A DNA stretch of 64,000 nucleotides, from NCBI GenBank assembly GCA_041330285.1, contig JBGKMI010000001.1, positions 304,630 through 368,629 on the forward strand, read 5' to 3'. The notes below the pieces were generated by a model, which was not told the DNA's origin, did not search any database, and saw nothing but the letters and a program-made list of their open reading frames with translations. The position numbers were made by a program, and so were the translations under genes. Below are positions 30,173 through 39,784 of this stretch, piece by piece. Origin of the DNA: Collinsella sp. (lineage in GTDB: Bacteria; Actinomycetota; Coriobacteriia; Coriobacteriales; Coriobacteriaceae). Positions within the stretch are counted from its first letter, which is position 1; every line of letters begins with the position of its first letter.

Positions 30173-30329
30173 GATAGCGCTCCCGCATTGCTGCAGACAG
30201 TCCTGCGGGTGTTTCCCGCAGGCCCACCAGGTTGTTCGTGCCCGAAAAGCCCAGTTCGGCGGGTTTCGCCTCCCCACGGGGTCAAAGCCTGCCGGCTCGC
30301 CCGCGGTTCTTCGTGCCCGCGCCTCTATC
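30173..30329 (-). ncRNA. Lysine riboswitch (L-box)
   Basis: Minus strand reads GATAGAGGCGC...GCCGAA...GGGCC...GGACTGTC...GAGCGCTATC. P1 arms GATAG/CTATC pair. Lies upstream of the lysine biosynthesis operon. Confidence 0.9.
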
Positions 30330-30437
30330 AAGTGGTAACGACCCTACCACGTTGCACTTTACCAAACAAGAGTATTCGTATATAACGTTTAAAAAATGCA
30401 GGGATATGCTGGAAACAAGGGCGTCACAATTTTGCAT

Positions 30438-30449
30438 CACAATATTGTG
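30438..30449. promoter_or_regulatory. Perfect palindrome CACAATATTGTG in divergent promoter region
   Basis: 12-bp palindrome, with TCACAAT also repeated at 30424. Confidence 0.35.
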
Positions 30450-30480
30450 TGAATGGAAATGCCCCATGAAAGGATCCTTT

Positions 30481-31668
30481 ATGACCGAGCTCCAAGAACT
30501 TCGTCGCTATCGTCGCGACCTGCATCGCATTCCGGAGCTCGATTTCGATCTTCCTCAAACAATAGCCTATATCGAGGGCGTGTTGGCACCACTCACCTGC
30601 GAAGTGACCCATCCGTGCCCCAGCTGCGTCTGCGCTTTCTTCGACGCTGGCGTTGGCGCCACGCATGCCACGGCGATTCGCGCCGACATGGACGCCCTGC
30701 CCATCGCGGAGGCGACGGGTGCGGTCTTTGCCTCGACGCATCCCGGAAAGATGCACGCTTGCGGACACGATGGACATATGGCCATGGCACTTGCCGCCGC
30801 GACGTATGTCGACCGTACGATTCGCGAGCAGCCGGGTGCCATCAAGCGCAACGTGCTCTTTGTGTTCCAGTCGGCCGAGGAAACGACCGGTGGCGCCAAG
30901 ACGGTATGCGAGAGCGGCGTGTTCGAGCGCTACGGGGTCGACCGAATTTTTGGCTTCCATGTGTGGCCCGATCTGCCTGCTGGCACGTTGGCGAGTTGTT
31001 CCGGTCCGCTGCTGGCGCGTTCGAGCGAGACGCATATCCATATTCACGGTACGAGCATCCATATTGCTAAGACCTATGGTGTGCCGGCTGAGGAGTCGCA
31101 CGATGCCGCGTTGGCGGCAGCGAAGTTTTTGGTTGCCGAGCGCGTGCTGATGGACGAGCTGGGCACCGACGAGCCCTGTATCGGCAAGTTTGGTCTGCTG
31201 CAGGCCGGTACCGTTTGCAATGCGGTGGCGGGGGAGGCCCATGTGGCCGGCAGCCTGCGTGTGTTTACAGACGACATGTTCGACCGTGCACGCGAGGGCG
31301 TGCACCGCGTGCTTGATGAGGCATGCGCTGCAACGGGCTGCACGTACGATCTCGACTTTGCCGAGGGCTATCCGCCGGTTGACAACGACCCCGAGCTATT
31401 TGCCAATGTCGCGCCTGCTTTGCCTGAGCTGCAGCTCGTGGATGAGCCTTTGCTGATTGCCGAGGACTTCGCTTTCTATCAGCGCCATCTGCCGGGTGTG
31501 TTCTTCTTGCTGGGCACGGGTGTGCCAGAGGGGCAAGAAAACCCGATTGACGCTGATGGCTGCCCAGCCTATGCGATGAGTGCCCTTCACACCGATACCA
31601 TGCTCTTTGACGAGGAAGTCCTGCTCAAAGGACTCGATGTCTACAAACGATTGCTTGGCTTGGAGTGA
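30481..31668 (+). CDS. M20D amidohydrolase, probable N-acetyl-diaminopimelate deacetylase
   Basis: RRDLHRIPEL, RADMDALP, MHACGHDGH, GFHVWP and AEDF. Divergent from the dapH operon. Confidence 0.8.
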   Translation: MTELQELRRYRRDLHRIPELDFDLPQTIAYIEGVLAPLTCEVTHPCPSCVCAFFDAGVGATHATAIRADMDALPIAEATGAVFASTHPGKMHACGHDGHMAMALAAATYVDRTIREQPGAIKRNVLFVFQSAEETTGGAKTVCESGVFERYGVDRIFGFHVWPDLPAGTLASCSGPLLARSSETHIHIHGTSIHIAKTYGVPAEESHDAALAAAKFLVAERVLMDELGTDEPCIGKFGLLQAGTVCNAVAGEAHVAGSLRVFTDDMFDRAREGVHRVLDEACAATGCTYDLDFAEGYPPVDNDPELFANVAPALPELQLVDEPLLIAEDFAFYQRHLPGVFFLLGTGVPEGQENPIDADGCPAYAMSALHTDTMLFDEEVLLKGLDVYKRLLGLE

Positions 31669-31670
31669 CG

Positions 31671-31994
31671 ATGGAACGACGCCGATGGTCTGCCGTGTAT
31701 AGTCCTGGTGGGTGCGGGTGCGGCTTGCTGCTGCTCCCGGTTATTGCTGTGAGCATTGGCGTGATGTTTGCGCTTGCTGGACTGGTAGCAGCGGCACTTG
31801 CGCTGTTGATTGTGGCCATTGGCGTGACGATTTGGCTCTGCCGTTCTCGCGAGCAACGCCGTGCCGACGGCAAGACCAATGTCGGATGGGTCTTCTTTTT
31901 GGTTGTCGCCTACCTATTGAGCATCAGTTATCTGGCGTTCTTTATCTTGTTGCTTGTGAGCACCTTTACCGGGGAATCCGTCACGGTGGGGTAG
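31671..31994 (+). CDS. Small hypothetical membrane protein
   Basis: Hydrophobic segments. Begins directly after the M20 stop. Confidence 0.6.
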   Translation: MERRRWSAVYSPGGCGCGLLLLPVIAVSIGVMFALAGLVAAALALLIVAIGVTIWLCRSREQRRADGKTNVGWVFFLVVAYLLSISYLAFFILLLVSTFTGESVTVG

Positions 31995-32022
31995 GCTTCG
32001 ATTGCCTTTTTGAGGATGAACC

Positions 32023-32064
32023 GAAAAGGGGTCGGATGGGCACTTTGCCTATCCGACCCCTTTC
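32023..32064. terminator. Bidirectional terminator
   Basis: AAAGGGGTCGGATGGGCA...TGCCTATCCGACCCCTTT. Confidence 0.8.
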
Positions 32065-32086
32065 GCTCGGTAGTCAATTCGGTCTC

Positions 32087-33406
32087 TTACTCGGTTGCCT
32101 CGCGGCGAGCGACCTCGTCGATCAAGATAGCATCGCCGTGCTTGGCGGTGGCAATGCTCGCGGCCATAATCATGCCCATTGCCGTGATGTAGGCGAAGAG
32201 CATCGACGGCGCCACGTCCATAACGATGCCGGAGAGAATCGGCGTCGCCACCTGAGCCGCCATGCTTACGGTGTAGTAGTAACCGGAGTAGCGGCCCACG
32301 CTTTGGGAGCTGCAGCACTCCAGAATCATCGTGTACACGCACAGGTCCACGCCGCCCAGCGCGACGCCCATCAACAAAAAGACGCCGTACAACACGGGCG
32401 AGAAACCGGGTGCCAGCCAAAGAAGCGCGGGGCACAAAACCATGATGACGGCGGTGCCCAGGGCGACCTTTTTGCGGCCGATTTTGAGCGAAAGGTTTGC
32501 CAGGGGTACGTAGCTTAGCAGCGCGCCTGCAATCGTCACGATATTGATGATGGCATAGGAACCGCCCTCCATGCCGTAGAACAAATCGGCATAACGGCTG
32601 ATATTGGTGGTCATGGCGTTATAGCTCATGTAGTAGAAAAACGTTGCGGCGAGCAGCATGATGATGGAGCGACGCACGTCGGTGTCTGCAACGCGTTCCT
32701 TACCGCCGGCCTCGGGGGAGTCGTCTTTGTCAATCTGATCCTCGTCGATGCCCATTGACAGCGATTTCTCGCGCATCTTTTCGACGAGGGCGGGCTCACG
32801 GACAAAGATGCCGTAGACAACGGCTGACACGAGGATAAAGGTGGCCTGTAAGATAAAGAGCGGAAGATAATCAGGTTTGTCGGCCTTGGGAACCATGACC
32901 GAGATGGCGACGAGCATAAGACCCGTTCCCGCATAGCCGACGATCTTTTCGATTGAGTCCGCCTTGGTTCGAAGTGGGCGAGGCGTAATATCGGCCACAA
33001 TGGCAACCGTCATGGTGCGGTAGGCGCATATTGCCAAAAGCGTGAGGATAATCGCGCCAATGAGCAGAGGTAGGCTGCCCATGTTGTTGGCGATCGCGAT
33101 GAGCGGGACGGAGAGCATTGCCACCGCGGAGCCGCCCAAGATAAAGGGCGTTCGGCGCCCGAGTTTGCTTGCGCAGCGGTCCGAGAGGATGCCAAAGAGC
33201 GGAAGCAGGAACAGGCCAAAGACATTATCGATGGCCATGATCGCGCCGGTGAGCGAGTTGGATAGGCCAAAGGTCCCTGTGAGCATCTTGGGAACGATGC
33301 CGTCGTAGACCTGCCAAAAGCTGATCATGCCCATAAAGGGTAGGGAGGCGAGGGCGACGGCCTTGGTGTCGAGCCGGGCCGCCCGCTTAAGATTTGGTTG
33401 GGTCAT
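32087..33406 (-). CDS. MFS transporter (GPH/SLC45-like)
   Basis: GAIMAIDN...PLFGILSDR..SKLGRRTPFI motif, about 12 TM helices. Confidence 0.88.
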   Translation of the reverse strand: MTQPNLKRAARLDTKAVALASLPFMGMISFWQVYDGIVPKMLTGTFGLSNSLTGAIMAIDNVFGLFLLPLFGILSDRCASKLGRRTPFILGGSAVAMLSVPLIAIANNMGSLPLLIGAIILTLLAICAYRTMTVAIVADITPRPLRTKADSIEKIVGYAGTGLMLVAISVMVPKADKPDYLPLFILQATFILVSAVVYGIFVREPALVEKMREKSLSMGIDEDQIDKDDSPEAGGKERVADTDVRRSIIMLLAATFFYYMSYNAMTTNISRYADLFYGMEGGSYAIINIVTIAGALLSYVPLANLSLKIGRKKVALGTAVIMVLCPALLWLAPGFSPVLYGVFLLMGVALGGVDLCVYTMILECCSSQSVGRYSGYYYTVSMAAQVATPILSGIVMDVAPSMLFAYITAMGMIMAASIATAKHGDAILIDEVARREATE

Positions 33407-33459
33407 GCTGGTTCTCCTGGTCGGTAAAAGCGGGGAGGGGCGATGTCGGCCCTCCCGTC

Positions 33460-34881
33460 CTACAGTTGTCCAAGGTTGGCGAGAAACGCCACATAGAATT
33501 CGATACCGCGCTTGTAGACGTCGACGCCGATGCGTTCGTTGGCGGCATGGATGAGCTTGCGCGCCTCGCCCGAGTAGATGAAGCCGCAGAAGCGGTAGAC
33601 GCGATCGCAGATCTCATTGAACTCGCGCGAGTCGGTGCAGGAGTTCTGCACGTAGGGGGCAAAGCCGGCCTCGGGATAGACACCCGACACGCAGCGATGG
33701 ATGTAGTTGAAGGCGGCATCGTCTTCGTAAGGCGAGATGGGCGCGGGCTCGGTGTAGGGGATCGCCTCGTTGATTTCGACGGTGACATGGTCGGGGCTTA
33801 CGCCCGAGGCGCGGCACTGCTGGGCGGCGAGCCTGCGAGCGCGTTCAACGGCATCGGCGATGGTCTCGAACGGAGCGATGCGCACGTTGAAATTGGCGCG
33901 AGCGACCGGTGGCAGCACGTTGTGCGCGTTGGAGCCTTCGAGCTGCGTGAGCGCATAGGTTGTGCGCAGCATGGCCGAGGTCTCGGGGCTGGCGGCCATA
34001 ATCTTGGTAACCGCGGGGCGTGTGAGCCAGAGGTTGCCAAAGATTGCCTGAAACGTCGCGCTGCTGCGGGCACCCAGCTCGGTCAGTGTGGCCTCTACGG
34101 CGGGCGTGAGCTGCGGCTTGCCGGGGTTGGCCGAGATAGTCTCGCATACACGGCAGAGAAGACGGCAGGCATCGTTTGCCGCAGGCGTAGAGGCATGGCC
34201 GCCGTCGGCGCGCGCCGTGACGGTAAGGTCGACGTGGCCCTTCTCGGACACGCCTACCATGGCAACGGGTTCGGTGACGCCGAGCGGGGCGTCGGTTGCC
34301 ACGGCGCCACCCTCATCGAGCACCATGTAGGGATGGATGTTATGCTCGCGAAGCCACTGCACTGCATGGGTTGCAGTAGGTGCGGCGATTTCCTCGCCAT
34401 CGCTCGAGAAGAACCAGACATCGCGCGGGGGAACGAAGCCCTGGGCAATCAAATGCTCGGCGGCCTCGAAGAAAGCCGAGACGATGCACTTGGTGTCGAG
34501 TGATCCGCGGGCCCAGATCTCGCCGTCGAAGATCTCGGCTCCAAAGGGATCGTGCTTCCAGTCTTGGCCCTCGACGGGCACGACGTCCTGATGCGCCATC
34601 ATGACGATGGGGTCCAAGGCGGAATCGGCGCCAGGCCAACGCAGGAGCATGCCAAAGTCGTCGACGCGTGTGAGCTCGGCGACTTTAAAGAAATGCGGAT
34701 AAAGTCGCTGAAGCGTGGGAATCCACTGGCTGAAGGGCTCATCGTCGCGCTCGGCGATGTTCTCACGCGAAACGGTGGGGATGCGCAGCAATTCGCAAAA
34801 GCGCTCGACGGCTGCCTCGTCTGCCTTGTAGGTGCCTGCATCAAGAGGCGCGCCCTGTGCGACCGATACCGATGCTCCCAT
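33460..34881 (-). CDS. M20A peptidase/acylase (carboxypeptidase S / PM20D1-like)
   Basis: LRIPTVS, MAHQDVVP, ARGSLDTK, GEE, LDEGG, GGHAS, TDSR and IHAANERI. Confidence 0.88.
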   Translation of the reverse strand: MGASVSVAQGAPLDAGTYKADEAAVERFCELLRIPTVSRENIAERDDEPFSQWIPTLQRLYPHFFKVAELTRVDDFGMLLRWPGADSALDPIVMMAHQDVVPVEGQDWKHDPFGAEIFDGEIWARGSLDTKCIVSAFFEAAEHLIAQGFVPPRDVWFFSSDGEEIAAPTATHAVQWLREHNIHPYMVLDEGGAVATDAPLGVTEPVAMVGVSEKGHVDLTVTARADGGHASTPAANDACRLLCRVCETISANPGKPQLTPAVEATLTELGARSSATFQAIFGNLWLTRPAVTKIMAASPETSAMLRTTYALTQLEGSNAHNVLPPVARANFNVRIAPFETIADAVERARRLAAQQCRASGVSPDHVTVEINEAIPYTEPAPISPYEDDAAFNYIHRCVSGVYPEAGFAPYVQNSCTDSREFNEICDRVYRFCGFIYSGEARKLIHAANERIGVDVYKRGIEFYVAFLANLGQL

Positions 34882-34991
34882 GGTGGGACTCCTTTCGTGT
34901 TATATATCGAATACGTCAAGATTATCGCCCGCACCGCGCGTGGGAAATGGCGAAACACGTTGTTCATCTGCGGGCGGCGGGTCGGATAGCC

Positions 34992-35435
34992 TTAGCCGAC
35001 GATGACCGTGCCGTCTTCGGTCACGGTGATGGCGTCTCCCGTCGACACAGCATCGAGAAACTCATCGCCCAGGTTGTCAATGGTGGGCATGGGGGTGTCG
35101 GTCCATACACCCGAGAGGATCGCGCCAGCGGCGGCAAGGCTGTCAATGGGTTTGGAAAACAGCAGGCATGCGGGTTGGCGCCCCATTTTGGTGGCGCAGA
35201 AGAGCACCATGCCGCCTGTGGTGGAGCCGATAGTCTGCGGAAGACACAAGGCACATCCCGCCAAAGGTTTGCCGTACAAGTCGGGATTGTTTTGGTCAGA
35301 ACACGTGGCCTTTTTGTCGCCAAACATCAGTGCCTTCTGAAACGATGCGAGTGTGTTGAGCCCTCCGTGAGAGACAAGTGCCTTGGCGTGGGCAGTTCCG
35401 GGGACAACGACGCGGCCGTGAAAGATTTTTTCCAT
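34992..35435 (-). CDS. Aconitase X swivel subunit (AcnX2, DUF126)
   Basis: GRVVVPGTAHAKALVS...LYGKPLAG..LCLPQTIGSTTGG...IDSLAAAGA. AAGG SD before ATG 35435. Confidence 0.85.
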   Translation of the reverse strand: MEKIFHGRVVVPGTAHAKALVSHGGLNTLASFQKALMFGDKKATCSDQNNPDLYGKPLAGCALCLPQTIGSTTGGMVLFCATKMGRQPACLLFSKPIDSLAAAGAILSGVWTDTPMPTIDNLGDEFLDAVSTGDAITVTEDGTVIVG

Positions 35436-35449
35436 GAGGAGTCGCCTTC

Positions 35450-36727
35450 CTATTTGATTGGTTTTCCGGTGGTGACGTAGGCGAGCACCTCGTCGTCGGT
35501 GTAGTAGCGCGATGCCGAGTACGTACGCAACTTGTTGGAGTTGGTGATGATGGGCATGCTGCCGCACAGCGGGTTGTTGGTGTACATAAGCGGGCAGATG
35601 CTCGAGACGACGGCACCGGTAGTCGAGAGGCGTCTGTATGCCGCAGTCTTGCGGAAGGCGTCTGCCACGGATGGGGCGGCGGTCAGTACGGTGGGTACTT
35701 GCACGCGGCACTTGCCGGAGGCGCTCAGCCCATCGCAGATGGCGTCTGCCCAATGGGCGAGTTGTGCAGACGAGAGGTGGGGGCAGCCGATGAAGGCAAG
35801 CTTGGGGCGCGCGCCCGGGTTCTTCCACATAACGGGGTAGCTCGAGCGGATGCGTTCCAGCTCGGCGTCGTCAATGCGATAGATTTGGGCGTCTGGTGCT
35901 ATGAGGTGTTCGCCTTGTTCGACGGCCTCGGGCGTGATGCCGTCCACGTGGTAGAGCCCGACAGCGCCGTTCGATGCGCTGGCGGCGCCCATGTCCTTAA
36001 GGTAGTCCTGCGTGCCGGGTGTGAGTTCGCGGCCAAGCCAGCGGTCGAGGCCTTTAATGTAAGGGACGTCTTCCATCACCTTCATGCCAATGGCGCTGCC
36101 AAGCACTTGCGCTTCGGGCTTGCGCTTACAGTCGACTTCGATGATCCAGGTCGCCTTGCGGCCCTCATCGGTGAGCAGGCCGAATTCCGGGACAAAGCCG
36201 GCAATTGAGCCGAACATCTCGATGATGCCGGAGTTGCGATTGCAGCGAGCGCCCAGCACGGAGTTGGCAAAGACCACGGCGCTGCTTTCTGCCCAGCTTA
36301 GGATGTCGCCACGCCGAGGTCGATTGCCAACCTCGGGCTGGTAGCAGGTGCAGGTGAAAGCATCGTTGTCCAATAGACCCATGCTGTGCAGCTGTGCCTC
36401 ATAATCGTCTTGTTTGGAATACATAATCTTGAACAGCAGCTTTTGCAGCGGGTTGGCCGGGACGGCGGGGTCGAGGGGCCTCGGGTCGACCGAGAATGAC
36501 TGACCGGACAGGGCGCCGTCTTTCAGCAGCTCATCCATAAGGTCATAGACTGGACCGAGCATGGAGAGGCCAAAACTTGTGACAAGATGACCGTTTGCGC
36601 CGGTCACGGGAACCATACGCTCGGCGCCAAAGCATTCGCCGTACATAACGAGGGTCTTGACCACTTTGGCCATGGCGGGGCCCTTGGCGCCATCGAGCAG
36701 GGCTTGTTGTTGGGAGGTCAGGTTCAT
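35450..36727 (-). CDS. Aconitase X catalytic subunit (AcnX1, DUF521)
   Basis: FTCTCY, WAESSAVVFANSVLGAR.NR, GAVGLYHV.GITPEA, GCPHLS, ICP and TNSNK. Confidence 0.9.
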   Translation of the reverse strand: MNLTSQQQALLDGAKGPAMAKVVKTLVMYGECFGAERMVPVTGANGHLVTSFGLSMLGPVYDLMDELLKDGALSGQSFSVDPRPLDPAVPANPLQKLLFKIMYSKQDDYEAQLHSMGLLDNDAFTCTCYQPEVGNRPRRGDILSWAESSAVVFANSVLGARCNRNSGIIEMFGSIAGFVPEFGLLTDEGRKATWIIEVDCKRKPEAQVLGSAIGMKVMEDVPYIKGLDRWLGRELTPGTQDYLKDMGAASASNGAVGLYHVDGITPEAVEQGEHLIAPDAQIYRIDDAELERIRSSYPVMWKNPGARPKLAFIGCPHLSSAQLAHWADAICDGLSASGKCRVQVPTVLTAAPSVADAFRKTAAYRRLSTTGAVVSSICPLMYTNNPLCGSMPIITNSNKLRTYSASRYYTDDEVLAYVTTGKPIK

Positions 36728-36748
36728 CTGTGAGCCCATCCTTTCGTG

Positions 36749-39070
36749 TTAGATATTGGTGCCGAGTCGGTATGCCGCACGGACCGCTTCGAGCACACGG
36801 CCGGGCGCAAACCCATCGCCGATGTTATGCAGCTCGTCAGCGGCGTGCGTCTGCTGCAGTTTGTAGAACAGCGCGTCGTCGGGGTGTCCGCCGCAGGCAA
36901 TGATTACCAAGTCGCAGGTTAGCTCGAGTGACTTCCAGTCGTTGCCGATTTTGGGTGCAAGCGGGTTTTCGACGTTCTCGGGCAAGACCGGTGACCACGA
37001 GACGTAGGGGTCGGGAACGTTTTTGTGGCAGTTGCGACTCAAGTGGAGACGCGCACACTTCGATGGGGCTCCAGACTCGCGTTTGCCGCCGACTTCCGCG
37101 CGCTCGACGCGTGTCATATTGAGGAGCCGCACATTGCGTCCCCTGAGCGTATAGAGTAGGTGGCCGCGATTTGCCGTGCAGGCGCCCTGCATCATGTGAG
37201 GCAGCATTTCAATTACGCTGACCTGTGGTATGCCGTGTTCGACGGTGAGCCATTGGGCAACCTCGCAGCCCACGGCCCCTCCGCCAATGATGGTGACGGT
37301 TTTGGCGTTGCCAAGCAGCGCGGGTTGGCGCAGTAGCTGCGTTGCCAGCACGGCATGACCCGATGCTGCAAGCTCCGTAAGACCGGGGATGGGCGGTATT
37401 GCATTGGAAGTGCCTGTCGCGCACACGATTGCGTCGAAGCCTGCTTTTGCAAGATCTTCGGCGCGTGCTGCCCGTCCAAGTTCGAGTGTCAGGTTCCCGT
37501 TGGGTTTTTCTGCCTGCTCGCGCACCTGTCGAACAAGATATGATCGGTAGTTATCGAGGTCGAACTTGATCCGGGCGGCGCTGGCGGAGAGGAGTTTTCC
37601 TCCAAGTTCATCTTCGGCATCGATGAGCTTTACGTCGTGGCCACGACGCGCGGCGATTAGCGCACAGACCATCCCAGCGGGTCCGGCTCCTATCACCGCT
37701 ATGCGTTTGGGTTCTTTGGCGGGAGCGGGTGTCTGGGGCATGAGGTATTCAAAGCTGCAGCGTGGATTGACGGCACACTGCGGATGGCCCCCTTCGACAA
37801 ACTCGTTGAGGCATCCTTCCTGGCATCCGATGCAGGGGCGAATATCTGTCACGCGACCGGCGTACGCCTTGTTGGGCCACTCGGGATCCGCAAGCAGCGG
37901 GCGTCCGAGCATGATCATATCGGCGTCGCCATTGCGAAGGGCGCGTTCGGCAATGTCGGGGTAGCCCAACTTACCCACCGCGACAACGGGTACGGGAAGG
38001 CCGGCATTGGAGCGGATATTGTCGGCGGCAAAGCGCTCTCGAACGGCGCGCGCCACGGGAACGAAGCAGCCTGCGGGCATGCTCGCAGGCGGGTGGGGCA
38101 TCCACCAGTTGTCATAGCAACCAAGGTCGACGTCAAAGATGTCTACTCCCGCCGCCACGAGCTCTTCCATATAACCCAGGGTCTGTTCGACTGTGCGGCC
38201 GCCGCGCATGCGTCCCAGATAGGTCGAATTCATGACCTGCTCGTCATAGGTTTCCTCGAGTGCAAGCGAAAGGTCGATGCGGTACATGATGGGGTAGTCG
38301 GGCCCAACGCGGCGACGGATTTCTTTGATCATATCGAGGCCAAACTGACGCCAATCGGCATAACGTCCGAGCTTGCGATGGTTAAAGGCGGGGTTTCCGA
38401 GCTGCTCGATAAGATAACCCTCGTGCCCGTGCAAATAGACGCCATCGATGCCCATGGCATGAGCATCGGCCGCCGCTTGGCCGATATTGTTTACGATACG
38501 GCGCAGCTTTTGGTCCGAGAGGCGCATGCATGGAATGGCGGGGATGTAGTAGTTAGGCAAGAAACTCGCCGAGACCGGAAACTTCTTTTGCGTGATGAGG
38601 CATTGCGGGTTGCCCACGCGGCCGAGTCCGGCCGTAAGCTGGACAAAAATGCGCGATCCGAAGGCATGGACACCTTGGGCAAGGTCGCGCCAGCCTGCCA
38701 TAACGGTTCGGCTTCGATCGATGCGCGGGAAATAGGTGAGCTTGTCCAGCTCGGTGACCGTGGTATCGATGCCGTGGCTTACCGGTACGAGTCCTGTTGT
38801 GATGAGGCCGCAGCCGCCTTTGGCGCGGGCGAAAAAGTACTGCAGCATCATGTCGCTGGGGCGGCCAGTTTCCTCGCACATGTCGATATTGCCCATCGGC
38901 GCCATGACAATGCGGTTTTTGACGGTGAGCTTGTTAATTTTGATGGGAGAGAAGAGCTTGTCAAAAGGATAGAGCTCTTGTGTCATGCGGGACGATCCGC
39001 AACCGGAATTTTTGGCGGGCCAGCTGTCGAATGAGTCAACGAGTTGCTGCACCAGTACGTCTTTTCCCAA
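36749..39070 (-). CDS. Old-yellow-enzyme-type Fe-S flavoenzyme (2-enoate reductase-like)
   Basis: KLFSPIKI..KNRIVMAPMG, QLTAGLGRV, HGHEGYL, CIGCQEGC..CAVNP 4Fe-4S motif, GAGPAG and GGGAVG. Probable TTG start at 39070 after GAAAGGA; alternative ATG at 38986. Confidence 0.88.
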   Translation of the reverse strand: MGKDVLVQQLVDSFDSWPAKNSGCGSSRMTQELYPFDKLFSPIKINKLTVKNRIVMAPMGNIDMCEETGRPSDMMLQYFFARAKGGCGLITTGLVPVSHGIDTTVTELDKLTYFPRIDRSRTVMAGWRDLAQGVHAFGSRIFVQLTAGLGRVGNPQCLITQKKFPVSASFLPNYYIPAIPCMRLSDQKLRRIVNNIGQAAADAHAMGIDGVYLHGHEGYLIEQLGNPAFNHRKLGRYADWRQFGLDMIKEIRRRVGPDYPIMYRIDLSLALEETYDEQVMNSTYLGRMRGGRTVEQTLGYMEELVAAGVDIFDVDLGCYDNWWMPHPPASMPAGCFVPVARAVRERFAADNIRSNAGLPVPVVAVGKLGYPDIAERALRNGDADMIMLGRPLLADPEWPNKAYAGRVTDIRPCIGCQEGCLNEFVEGGHPQCAVNPRCSFEYLMPQTPAPAKEPKRIAVIGAGPAGMVCALIAARRGHDVKLIDAEDELGGKLLSASAARIKFDLDNYRSYLVRQVREQAEKPNGNLTLELGRAARAEDLAKAGFDAIVCATGTSNAIPPIPGLTELAASGHAVLATQLLRQPALLGNAKTVTIIGGGAVGCEVAQWLTVEHGIPQVSVIEMLPHMMQGACTANRGHLLYTLRGRNVRLLNMTRVERAEVGGKRESGAPSKCARLHLSRNCHKNVPDPYVSWSPVLPENVENPLAPKIGNDWKSLELTCDLVIIACGGHPDDALFYKLQQTHAADELHNIGDGFAPGRVLEAVRAAYRLGTNI

Positions 39071-39204
39071 TGAGGTTCCTTTCAGATGTTGACAAGGTAA
39101 CAAAGCAGTTTACGTCTAAATGTTTAATAGTCAACAACAAAGGCATAAGTTCGGTGCGGGAATAGGGGGACTACACGAGAGCCGGACGGCAAGCTGCGCT
39201 GCGA

Positions 39205-39223
39205 CATTAGCTCCCAGCTAATG
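39205..39223. promoter_or_regulatory. Perfect palindromic operator CATTAGCT-CCC-AGCTAATG
   Basis: 8-bp perfect arms about 70 nt upstream of the FxLYD gene. Confidence 0.6.
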
Positions 39224-39294
39224 AATTTGAGCTCGCTGCCTCCTACGATGTGCTGTGTGCCGGCACGGTAGCCGGATAGTTGGAAGGATGCATA

Positions 39295-39738
39295 ATGGCA
39301 AAAGAGGGAAAGAAGCCGATCGGCAAGATTATTTTGGGCGCCATCGTGGTGCTCGTTGTTGTCGGCGTTGTAGGCTCTATGGGTGGTAACTCGTCTGATT
39401 CGTCAACGGGTGATGCAGCAAAGCCTGCCGAACAGACCCAGCAAGTCGAGGAGCAAAAAGAGGCACAAGAACCCTATACGGTTTCGGATGAGGCCGGGGA
39501 TACGTCTAATCAGTTCGCGTATAAGATCACTGGCACGTTGACCAATAATACGGATAAAGAGCAAAGCTACATTCAGATTGAGTATGTTCTGTATGACGCA
39601 GACGGCAATCAGGTTGGAACGGCTCTTGCGAACACCAACCATCTCAAAGCAGGCGGCACCTGGAAGTTCGAAGCGATGAGCACGGTATCTCCCGACCAGG
39701 TTGCCAGCTGGGAACGTTCTGACGTGAGCGGTTTTTAA
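39295..39738 (+). CDS. Membrane-anchored FxLYD-domain protein
   Basis: N-terminal TM helix and ITGTLTNNT..SYIQIEYVLYDADGNQVG..ANTNHLKAGGTWKFEA. Confidence 0.85.
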   Translation: MAKEGKKPIGKIILGAIVVLVVVGVVGSMGGNSSDSSTGDAAKPAEQTQQVEEQKEAQEPYTVSDEAGDTSNQFAYKITGTLTNNTDKEQSYIQIEYVLYDADGNQVGTALANTNHLKAGGTWKFEAMSTVSPDQVASWERSDVSGF

Positions 39739-39784
39739 CTAGAATTAAAAACATGGTTACTATGCGAGCTGGGGGTGAGGCCAT

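Noticed and set aside
34992..35828. 278-aa version of the AcnX2 ORF
   Set aside because: The N-terminal extension overlaps AcnX1 out of frame. The SD and domain start support ATG 35435.
36749..39070. Bile-acid (baiCD/baiH) or bilirubin reductase assignment
   Set aside because: There are no bai neighbours and no HGDR motif. The HEGY-type active site fits enoate reductases better.
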